From a virus: a stretch of DNA of 40,436 nt. The translations under genes were made by a program, and so were the position numbers. Every line of letters begins with the position of its first letter. Positions within the stretch are counted from its first letter, which is position 1. Under the pieces are notes generated by a model. The model ran no database searches, was not told the DNA's origin, and saw only the letters and a program-made list of their open reading frames with translations. The stretch lies in the IMG/VR virus record IMGVR_UViG_3300045921_000167, positions 1-40,436 of that record. One strand, written 5' to 3'. Below, in pieces: positions 33,852 through 40,436 of the stretch.

Positions 33852-34409
33852 TTAAATCTCCATCATAAAATTAATAATCTTTGCAAGTCGTTCTGGTTGA
33901 ATTTTGTTGTAAAACGATATTTTAATGTCCTGATTAACCATAACTGATATTTCATTTGATTTTGGTATAACAGTTGAATCAGGTTCTTCCTGTTTGACTG
34001 GGACGACTTTTTCAGGAAGGGACTCTTGTTCAGGTTCTAATTTTAGAAATTGCATAGCACTCTCGTCATTTGTTAATTCATATATAATATTCATCCAGCG
34101 AATCCATGTAGACACTATTTCAAGTCGAGATTTTTTTATATTATGAATCTTCATGAATTCTGATTTAGAAATAATAGAGTCTCTGCTATTCCATAAAAGA
34201 GCTATTCTGATTTCTTCTTTTTTGCGATGTTCTTTCTCAATTCCCCATGGGTAGAGCCTGTAAAAGGTATTTCTTGCTTTGTCGATATCTAATTTATATT
34301 TATTGCAATATTCGGGGAGGGATATAGGTAAATCCCTCTTTTCTATTTCAAACCGTTTTCTTTCATTCCAGTAAAATATTAATTCATCATCAGTTATAGA
34401 TTGTGCCAT
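33852..34409 (-). CDS. IS66 Orf1-like accessory protein candidate (185 aa)
   Basis: Its stop abuts the Orf2-like start (TAAATG). The C-terminal EISVMVNQDIKISFYNKIQPERLAKIINFMMEI resembles the conserved C-terminal beta-hairpin plus helix of IS66 Orf1. The N-terminus is unrelated to anything I recognise. Confidence 0.45.
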   Translation of the reverse strand: MAQSITDDELIFYWNERKRFEIEKRDLPISLPEYCNKYKLDIDKARNTFYRLYPWGIEKEHRKKEEIRIALLWNSRDSIISKSEFMKIHNIKKSRLEIVSTWIRWMNIIYELTNDESAMQFLKLEPEQESLPEKVVPVKQEEPDSTVIPKSNEISVMVNQDIKISFYNKIQPERLAKIINFMMEI

Positions 34410-34427
34410 TCATTGCTCCATTAATGC

Positions 34428-34796
34428 CTAAAAAGGCAATTCATCATTCTCAGGATATTTTGATTCGTTTTTTTGACTGCTCTTTGGTATTAATTTAATT
34501 TCCTTTGCAATAACAGAAAATTTAATCCGATCAGAACCATCCTGACCCTTGTACTTTTGGGAATCCATTGCACCATTAACGTACAACAAATCTCCTTCGT
34601 GCACATACTTTGTGACAATTTCAGATAATTTTCCATAGAGAACCACATTGTGCCACATAGACTTCTCTTGCTTTTCCCCATTTTTCATGGTTTTTTCAGT
34701 AGTAACCATACTGACATTAGAGACAGGAGTTCCTTGTGGCAATGTGCGCGTGTCAATTTTCCCAACACGACCTAAAATTTGTGCAAAATTAATCAT
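34428..34796 (-). CDS. ssb: Single-stranded DNA-binding protein
   Basis: OB-fold pattern (ILGRVGKID...WHNVVLYGKLSEI..YV.EGDLLYVNG) and an acidic C-terminal tip NDELPF. Confidence 0.85.
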   Translation of the reverse strand: MINFAQILGRVGKIDTRTLPQGTPVSNVSMVTTEKTMKNGEKQEKSMWHNVVLYGKLSEIVTKYVHEGDLLYVNGAMDSQKYKGQDGSDRIKFSVIAKEIKLIPKSSQKNESKYPENDELPF

Positions 34797-35800
34797 TATG
34801 CTTTCCTCAATTGAGTGATAAAGTGATCGGCTATTTCAGGTGTCATGGATTCTATCGACTCACATTCATAGTATTTTAATGCTTTCTGTATGCGGTCTTC
34901 TGAAATTTGTTTGCCTTCAATAAAAGTATAAATATCTTTCAATTGCTTATCACTCAACCTTCTATTTTCACTAGAGCTATGATGTGTTTCATTTTCTTGT
35001 GCTCCAGTCTCGCCCAATTCAACAGACTTTGAGTTCTCAATTGTCTGCGCCTCAGCATATTGATCCGAATCCTGTGAAGATAAATCCTGATTAATTTCAT
35101 TCGTTTCTCCTTTTTTAGTTAAAATATCCTTTTTAAGCATTTCTGTTCGTGAAGGAGCAGAAGTATCAATGACAGCATATTCAGCTTCAATATAATCCTG
35201 TACTTCCTCAACACATTTAAGACCTTTTAGAGCGTCTGCAAAAGTGTCTCGTAGAGCAAATGCTCTGGCTCTCATCTGCAACATGCGAGCAGTATGATCA
35301 GTCCATACTCCGGGCTTCCCAAGCAGTTTCGCTTTCTTAGCATCCTCAAGAGTATAGCATCTTGTCTTATCTGCTCTGTTTTTGCGTTTAACAGTGCATT
35401 TAAATCCACTTAAAGTTTCCCCGGTATAAATTGGCTCCTCAATAACATCAATACATTCAGGGTGATTGAGTACCAAAGCCAACATACCATCTCCGTATAA
35501 ACAAGGCTTGCCATTAATTACAGCAATATCCTGTATGGCTTGCTCAATAGGCAATCCTAACTGATAGCCCATGGCCATTGCCACAAAGATATCAGCCGGC
35601 TTTCCTATGTACTGCTTAGGAACAAGGCTAGATTTCGATAAGTATTCAGCTATTTTCCTAAAATGCTCTGCATGTTCTGGTGCAAATAGACTATCAAAAA
35701 CCTTTTCTCTTTTCTGTGCCAATTCTTTGCGCAATTCTGCAATATGCGAATTAAGAACAGCAACATTTTTAACCAACTCCTGTACGGCTAATTCATTCAT
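34796..35800 (-). CDS. RecT/Red-beta-superfamily single-strand annealing protein
   Basis: GLPIEQAIQDIAVINGKPCLYGDGMLALV and GVWTDHTARMLQMRARAFALRDTFADAL (compare Bet GPWQSHPKRMLRHKA..ARLAFG). It sits between the exonuclease and SSB genes. Confidence 0.75.
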   Translation of the reverse strand: MNELAVQELVKNVAVLNSHIAELRKELAQKREKVFDSLFAPEHAEHFRKIAEYLSKSSLVPKQYIGKPADIFVAMAMGYQLGLPIEQAIQDIAVINGKPCLYGDGMLALVLNHPECIDVIEEPIYTGETLSGFKCTVKRKNRADKTRCYTLEDAKKAKLLGKPGVWTDHTARMLQMRARAFALRDTFADALKGLKCVEEVQDYIEAEYAVIDTSAPSRTEMLKKDILTKKGETNEINQDLSSQDSDQYAEAQTIENSKSVELGETGAQENETHHSSSENRRLSDKQLKDIYTFIEGKQISEDRIQKALKYYECESIESMTPEIADHFITQLRKA

Positions 35801-35804
35801 CTTT

Positions 35805-36638
35805 CTATCCTTTTAAAGTGAATACTCTTGTCCCTTTTTTATTGGCTTTCCATGTGGCCAAAATCTCGCCTTCCAAATCCACTAAATATTCAGCATTTCC
35901 CATATGCTGCATTAGCTTCATCTTGTAGTGTTCTTCTTTATCCGAAAGCCTCTTAAGTTCCATTTTAACATTCATTAACGAAGCATAATCCTGCTTTGCT
36001 TTGAATGTGGCTTCAGCCATTAAATCAGGCTTTGGATTATTGTATTTTAACCTGCAATCAGTAATTGAAACTGGTTCTGGCTCAATCCTACGCTGCACAC
36101 AATCCCAAAACTTTAAATCCGACTCCAGTATAAGTTTTTCTAATTCAGTGTCACGCTCGTAGGTGAACTGCATGTATTCATAACCACCTATCAGAACAGC
36201 GCAAAACCCTTTTGAAGCATTCTTAACCGCAACCTGTTTAGCTATCTGGATAAGATAAGTTAATGGAATACCATCCTCATAAGCACTATCCCATTCCTTC
36301 CTCATGAATGAATTAGCCATTTTCGCTTCAACTACAGCATCCATCGATGGAATATAACCATCCAGATTTGCAAAAATAAAAGGGTAATCTGGGTGATAAA
36401 TTGTGTCAGGAAACTCTATCTCAACATTATTTACCTCACCAAACCTTTGAACGATCAAAGGCTCAATCCTGTTTCCCCAGTACTGCAAATCCGTTACTTC
36501 ATCTTCAGGGGTAATAATCCCCGTTTTTTCCAAGTACAATTGGTATGGTGTTTTGTAGCTAGAATAGCCCATAATAACGGGCGAATCAGACGCACCAATA
36601 CCATTTACACGGTTTTTTCGTTGCTCATCCGTTAGCAT
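35805..36638 (-). CDS. YqaJ-type (lambda Exo-like) recombination exonuclease
   Basis: The ATG at 36638 follows AGGAG. Contains NGIGASDSPVIMGYSSYKTPYQLYLEKTG and VVEAKMAN. Confidence 0.8.
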   Translation of the reverse strand: MLTDEQRKNRVNGIGASDSPVIMGYSSYKTPYQLYLEKTGIITPEDEVTDLQYWGNRIEPLIVQRFGEVNNVEIEFPDTIYHPDYPFIFANLDGYIPSMDAVVEAKMANSFMRKEWDSAYEDGIPLTYLIQIAKQVAVKNASKGFCAVLIGGYEYMQFTYERDTELEKLILESDLKFWDCVQRRIEPEPVSITDCRLKYNNPKPDLMAEATFKAKQDYASLMNVKMELKRLSDKEEHYKMKLMQHMGNAEYLVDLEGEILATWKANKKGTRVFTLKG

Positions 36639-36725
36639 TTCGACTCCTGTCGTATATGTTAAATAAAAATTTATTTTAATCAATTAAATTTTAATTTATT
36701 ATACCCTGATTTGAGAGACAGTAAC
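36639..36725. promoter_or_regulatory. Divergent control region between the recombination operon (-) and the cro-like operon (+)
   Basis: 87-bp, almost pure AT gap between divergent first genes. It holds only low-complexity AT palindromes (AAATAAA aa TTTATTT; TTAAT ca ATTAA). Confidence 0.4.
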
Positions 36726-36965
36726 ATGACAATAGATGAAGTGATTGCTTACTTTGGCAATTTGAATAGAGTTATGAAGGCACTGGGACTGGCCTCACAA
36801 AATATGACAGCATGGAAACGTAATGGCTATATCCCTCTGTTGCAGCAATATCGCATTGCAGAGTTAACAGGTGGCGCATTAATGCCAGATGATGATGATC
36901 CAAAGTTTTCTAAACAAAGGAAAAGAGAATTATTAACAAAAGGAAGTAATTATGAAAAAAGGTAA
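36726..36965 (+). CDS. Cro / YdaS-family HTH regulator
   Basis: The start was moved to MTIDEVIAYFGN. Contains VMKALGLASQNMTAWKRNGYIPLLQQYRIAELTGGAL, the YdaS/Cro-like pattern. Confidence 0.65.
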   Translation: MTIDEVIAYFGNLNRVMKALGLASQNMTAWKRNGYIPLLQQYRIAELTGGALMPDDDDPKFSKQRKRELLTKGSNYEKR

Positions 36966-37785
36966 ATTATTGGCTATAAGCGCACTGGTATTGGGATTAA
37001 ATGCTTGCGAGAGAGTTCCTCCGGGGTATCGAGGTGTGATGGTAAGCATGATGGGGAATGGGAAAGGAGTAAATGAGCAGTCTGTAGGAGTTGGATGGCA
37101 ATACACGGGGTTTTATAGCCAATTATTTTTATTTCCAACTTTCCTGCAAAATCATTCTTGGATAGATGAAGAAGCCATTTCTATGCAAACATCTGAAGGA
37201 CTATCTATCACGACAGCAGCAGGAATAACCTATCAAATTAAAGAAGAAAACGTCGTTAAAGTTTTTACTAAATACAGACGTGGAATTAAAGAAATTACTT
37301 CCATTTTTTTGCATAACATGGTTAGAGATGCCATGAATGAAGTCGCTAGCACTATGACAGTTGATCAGATTTATGGAGCCAAAAAAGAATATTTTATTGA
37401 ACAAGTAAGCAAAAAAGTTATAAGAGATGCCTCAAAGAATGGCATAGATGTCGATAAAATTTATTTAATTGGCTCTTTTATTTTGCCACCATCTGTTAAA
37501 GATGCCATTGACGCAAAAATTCAAGCATCACAAAACGCTGTAAAAGTGGAAAACGAGATTCAAACCAGCAAAGCAGAAGCCCAAAAAAGAATAGTTGATG
37601 CAGAAGCCAGAGCAAAGCAAATATTAATTAATGCAGAATCACAAGCTAAAGCTAATAAAATCTTGGCAGAATCATTGACTCCAGAATTTGTTCAATACCA
37701 AGCAATTTTAAAATGGAATGGCAAATTGCCTACAACTAACGCCTCAAATGCCGTTCCTTTTCTGAACATAGGCAGCAAACCATGA
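36952..37785 (+). CDS. SPFH/Band-7 (prohibitin-like) domain lipoprotein
   Basis: Signal peptide with lipobox-like LGLNAC. The SPFH core starts at PPGYRGVMV. C-terminal coiled coil AEAQKRIVDAEARAKQILINAESQAKANKILAESLTPEFVQYQAI. Confidence 0.75.
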   Translation: MKKGKLLAISALVLGLNACERVPPGYRGVMVSMMGNGKGVNEQSVGVGWQYTGFYSQLFLFPTFLQNHSWIDEEAISMQTSEGLSITTAAGITYQIKEENVVKVFTKYRRGIKEITSIFLHNMVRDAMNEVASTMTVDQIYGAKKEYFIEQVSKKVIRDASKNGIDVDKIYLIGSFILPPSVKDAIDAKIQASQNAVKVENEIQTSKAEAQKRIVDAEARAKQILINAESQAKANKILAESLTPEFVQYQAILKWNGKLPTTNASNAVPFLNIGSKP

Positions 37786-38003
37786 GATCGATCATATATA
37801 GGATTTTGTTTTATTTATTTGGCTTGATCATGATCCAAGGCTGCATTTTGCCTTGGGTTATCTCGAATGCCATTTTACCTGCACCAGTTAACATAGGGAT
37901 TGTCTGTTTAATTGTTTTATTTTGGTTTTATATGATTGAGCTTTTAATAAAAAGAATTAATAAATTATCCAAGGACGATGAAGATGCTACTAATCAACGA
38001 TAA
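37782..38003 (+). CDS. Small 2-TM membrane protein with a charged tail
   Basis: ATGA coupling to the SPFH gene. Contains ILFYLFGLIMIQGCILPWV and IGIVCLIVLFWFYMIELLI. Confidence 0.55.
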   Translation: MRSIIYRILFYLFGLIMIQGCILPWVISNAILPAPVNIGIVCLIVLFWFYMIELLIKRINKLSKDDEDATNQR

Positions 38004-38799
38004 ACCAGTGAATTATTTTTTCTTTCCAGCAGGTGAGATACAAGTAAGATTGCCGGAGATTGAAACAGAACGTGTCATTTTGACATCACTTCCTAAATCT
38101 TCCGATGATATTATGTTGATAATGCTGGTTGTTAATGCATTAAAGCAGCAGGGAATTACTGATATTGATTTGGATTTATTATATTTGCCTTATGCAAGAC
38201 AAGACCGAGTGTGCTCGAAAGGCGAGGCATTCAGTCTTGAGGTCATGGCAGATATTTTGAATTGGTTGTCTATCAATGTGCGATTATATGATGTCCATAG
38301 CAATACTTCTTTGGATTTAATTCATTACAATTCCCATATCTCTGTTTCAAATATATTTAAACGCTATGGGATTTTGGATAGATATAATTTAGAAAACATT
38401 ATTTTTGTTCAACCTGACAAGGGTTCCTCTGAGAAATTATTTAATTTGTGCATCAATTTAAATTTATCAAATACACTACTTCAGTGTGATAAAGTACGTG
38501 ACCCTTCTACAGGGCATATTATCAGGTATGAAGTCCCCCCATTTAATAATTACAAAGATATATTTGTCATTGATGACATTTGTGATGGTGGAGCAACCTT
38601 TTTGAAGCTCGGTGAGGAGTTAAAGCAGCGTGGCGCAAGATATATGATTCTTTACGTTACGCATGGCATTTTCAGTCAGGGATTAAGTCAATTAAGGCAG
38701 TATTATGATGAAATAATTTGCCATCATGTATTCGATCCTCTTTTGGAGAAATCGAAAGAATTAACTGTTTTAAGGAAAATACACAATGTTAATTGTTAA
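37978..38799 (+). CDS. Ribose-phosphate pyrophosphokinase (Prs)-family protein; candidate ADPR-pyrophosphate synthetase (Adps) of NARP1
   Basis: LLYLPYARQDR (Prs YARQDR motif) and VIDDICDGGATF (PRPP/ribose-phosphate loop). Length is 273 aa. The start may be 37984. Confidence 0.7.
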   Translation: MKMLLINDKPVNYFFFPAGEIQVRLPEIETERVILTSLPKSSDDIMLIMLVVNALKQQGITDIDLDLLYLPYARQDRVCSKGEAFSLEVMADILNWLSINVRLYDVHSNTSLDLIHYNSHISVSNIFKRYGILDRYNLENIIFVQPDKGSSEKLFNLCINLNLSNTLLQCDKVRDPSTGHIIRYEVPPFNNYKDIFVIDDICDGGATFLKLGEELKQRGARYMILYVTHGIFSQGLSQLRQYYDEIICHHVFDPLLEKSKELTVLRKIHNVNC

Positions 38800-40258
38800 C
38801 CCACTTTATGCAATAGATTTTTACAAAGCAGACCATAGAAGCCAATATCCTAAAGGAACAACTGAAATCTATTCAAACTTTACACCAAGGTATGTAAAAA
38901 CTGAATTGCCATTTTTTGACAATAAAGTCGTGGTATATGGAATACAAAACATGATTCAGGAGTTCTTGGATTATCAGTGGGCAAATATAAGCGATATATC
39001 AATCTTGGGTTACAGGAATTTAATGAAAACCTCTTTAGGGGCTAAGGATTTTGACATAAGCCATTTAAGAGCATTAAAAGACCTTGGCTATTTACCAATA
39101 TCGATTAAGGCACTTCCTGAAGGTACAAGGTGTCCCATTGGTGTTCCCCTACTAACCATACGCAACACTCACCCGGAGTTTTTTTGGTTTACAAATTACT
39201 TGGAAACAGCTATTTCCTCTATGCTATGGAAGCCAATCACAGTAGCTACAATTGCATTTCACCTGAAGGTTATCGTCAAAAAATTTGCTTTATTAACTGG
39301 TGGTGATCCGGGATTTTGCGATTTTCAGGTTCATGATTTCAGTTTCCGTGGTATGTCAGGAATTGAAGATGCTATTCGGTGTGGAGTAGCCCACTTAACG
39401 AGTTTCAAAGGAACCGATTGCGTTCCAGCTATCCCTTATATTCAACGATATTTTGGGCAAGATGAAAGCAATCTTGGGTTTTCTGTTCCTGCAACTGAAC
39501 ATAGTGTCATGACATGTGCAGGAAGGGACAAAGAGCGTGATACAGTTTATCGATTGATTACTGAAACATATCCTGAAGGCATTGTATCGATTGTTGCGGA
39601 TTCATATGACTTTTGGGGATTTTTAGCAAATATATTGCCAAGTATGTATAAAGAAATCATGGAGCGCAATGGCAAGCTCGTTATAAGGCCAGATTCAGGT
39701 GATCCATTTAAGATTATTTGTGGTGATCCAGATTCAGAAGACCCCTTTGAAAAGAAAGGTGCTCTAAGGCTTTTATGGGATCAATTTGGTGGAACGATTA
39801 ACAATGCAGGATTTCGTGTTTTAGATTCGCACATAGGGTTAATTTACGGGGATTCAATTACACCATCACTTGCACATAGAATTTTGCAGCAAATGGCTGA
39901 TATGGGGTTTTGCTCTCAAAATATTGTTTTTGGCGTAGGTTCTTACACCTACCAATACATGACAAGAGATACGTTTGGTTTTGCAATGAAAGCAACAAGT
40001 GCGGTTATTGGTGGCCAGCGTCAAGCAATTTACAAAGATCCAAAAACATCAAACGGTAGCAAAAAATCAGCAAAAGGTTTGATTTATGTTGGAAAAGACA
40101 CGAAAGGTGAGTATTTCATGAAAGAAGATGTCACAGAAGAATTAGAATCCAAAGGAGAATTACAAGAGGTTTATAGGGATGGAAATTTATTAAACAAGCA
40201 AACTTTTATTCGTATTAGAGAGCGATTAAGCCTTGAAGTTGAAAGGCTAACCGGGTAG
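38786..40258 (+). CDS. NAMPT-family phosphoribosyltransferase; candidate nicotinamide ADPR-transferase (Namat) of NARP1, or NadV
   Basis: Contains DFYKADHRSQYPKGTTEIYSNFTPR, DFSFRGMSG, ATEHSVM, IRPDSGDP and FGVGSYTYQ. It overlaps the Prs-like gene by 14 nt. Confidence 0.85.
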   Translation: MLIVNPLYAIDFYKADHRSQYPKGTTEIYSNFTPRYVKTELPFFDNKVVVYGIQNMIQEFLDYQWANISDISILGYRNLMKTSLGAKDFDISHLRALKDLGYLPISIKALPEGTRCPIGVPLLTIRNTHPEFFWFTNYLETAISSMLWKPITVATIAFHLKVIVKKFALLTGGDPGFCDFQVHDFSFRGMSGIEDAIRCGVAHLTSFKGTDCVPAIPYIQRYFGQDESNLGFSVPATEHSVMTCAGRDKERDTVYRLITETYPEGIVSIVADSYDFWGFLANILPSMYKEIMERNGKLVIRPDSGDPFKIICGDPDSEDPFEKKGALRLLWDQFGGTINNAGFRVLDSHIGLIYGDSITPSLAHRILQQMADMGFCSQNIVFGVGSYTYQYMTRDTFGFAMKATSAVIGGQRQAIYKDPKTSNGSKKSAKGLIYVGKDTKGEYFMKEDVTEELESKGELQEVYRDGNLLNKQTFIRIRERLSLEVERLTG

Positions 40259-40297
40259 ATTAGCCTAACAATAAACCTTAACATAATTTTTTTACTT

Positions 40298-40317
40298 CAT
40301 TGCTTTGCAGAGCAATG
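40298..40317 (+). terminator. Hairpin 40 nt after the NAMPT-like stop (weak terminator candidate)
   Basis: CATTGCT (40298-40304) pairs with AGCAATG (40311-40317) around a 6-nt loop. There is no downstream T-tract. Confidence 0.25.
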
Positions 40318-40360
40318 GTTCGGATAACCGAAAGTAAACAAAGAACGACAGCATTGGAAC

Positions 40361-40436
40361 ACCGTTAGCGTTGGCGTTGCTATTGGCGTTTGTTGCAGCG
40401 TTCTTGGATCACTACTGTTGCAGCGTTTGTTGCAGC
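40361..40436. repeat. Iteron-like repeat cluster at the circular junction (continues into 1..46)
   Basis: GCGTT pentamers occur at 40368, 40374 and 40386 and inside each unit. TGTTGCAGC(GTT) units start at 40391, 40416 (=1) and 40428 (=13). The left arm of the 13-bp inverted repeat lies at 40403-40415. Confidence 0.75.

Larger units (their letters stand above)
1..40436. mobile_element. Complete temperate tailed-phage (or excised prophage) genome on a circularly closed contig; P22-like podovirus-type morphogenesis gene order
   Basis: The first 21 nt equal the last 21 nt. Integrase, Cro-like regulator, Exo/annealase/SSB, DnaB-type helicase, TerL, portal, scaffold, coat, neck, ejection-type proteins, tail fibres and endolysin are all present. 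No host flank, tRNA or rRNA seen. Confidence 0.8.

Noticed and set aside
33483-34409. A complete, active IS66-family insertion sequence
   Set aside because: Only the Orf1-like and Orf2-like genes are present. There is no DDE transposase ORF downstream and no terminal inverted repeats were recognised, and the pair is integrated into the operon structure.
36650-36700. AT palindromes (AAATAAA-aa-TTTATTT; TTAAT-ca-ATTAA) as operator sites of the cro-side switch
   Set aside because: They are composed only of A/T in an almost pure AT gap, so the information content is too low to distinguish them from chance. The region is reported only as a generic divergent control region.
37978-40258. Reading the Prs-like/NAMPT-like pair as ordinary PRPP supply plus NadV salvage (nicotinamide to NMN)
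   Set aside because: I have not fully excluded this and it is kept as the alternative hypothesis. It is disfavoured because no NMN adenylyltransferase is encoded to complete NAD+ synthesis, and the two genes are translationally coupled as in the two-gene NARP1 arrangement.
1-40436. CRISPR arrays, rRNA and tRNA genes
   Set aside because: No regularly spaced repeats of 25-40 bp and no rRNA- or tRNA-like structured segments were seen on either strand.

Overview
The window reads as one self-contained, AT-rich tailed-phage genome of about 40.4 kb. The first 21 nt are identical to the last 21 nt, so the contig is circularly closed or permuted. I saw no flanking host genes, tRNA, rRNA or CRISPR array.

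Gene layout, in four transcription blocks:
- Rightward block crossing the contig junction (36726 -> 2588): Cro/YdaS-like regulator, SPFH/Band-7 lipoprotein, small membrane protein, a Prs-like plus NAMPT-like pair, a repeat-dense junction, then a wHTH replication initiator candidate and a DnaB-type helicase.
- Leftward early block (7043 -> 2747): small ORFans, an acidic protein and a tyrosine integrase.
- Long rightward block (7185 -> 33511): a zinc-finger protein, an HTH protein, a 640-bp non-coding region and about 13 small translationally coupled ORFans. These are followed by TerL, portal, scaffold, a P22-type coat, an HNH protein, gp4-like and gp10-like neck proteins, ejection-type proteins and three tail-fibre-type proteins. 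The block ends with a DUF1353 lipoprotein, a GH108 endolysin and a VRR-NUC nuclease.
- Leftward recombination block (36638 -> 33483): YqaJ exonuclease, RecT/Red-beta-type annealase, SSB, then an orphan IS66 Orf1/Orf2-like pair.

Most notable observations:
- The overlapping Prs-like + NAMPT-like cassette has no NMN adenylyltransferase partner. This matches the NARP1 (Adps/Namat) phage NAD+ reconstitution counter-defence architecture.
- The IS66 accessory-gene pair has no transposase and sits inside the recombination operon.
- An SPFH lipoprotein moron lies directly after the Cro-like gene.
- A strongly G-depleted, C-rich non-coding tract carries helically phased TCCCA motifs.
- An iteron and inverted-repeat cluster lies at the circular junction, upstream of the replication genes.

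All functional calls rest on motifs read by eye plus gene order. No database search was possible.
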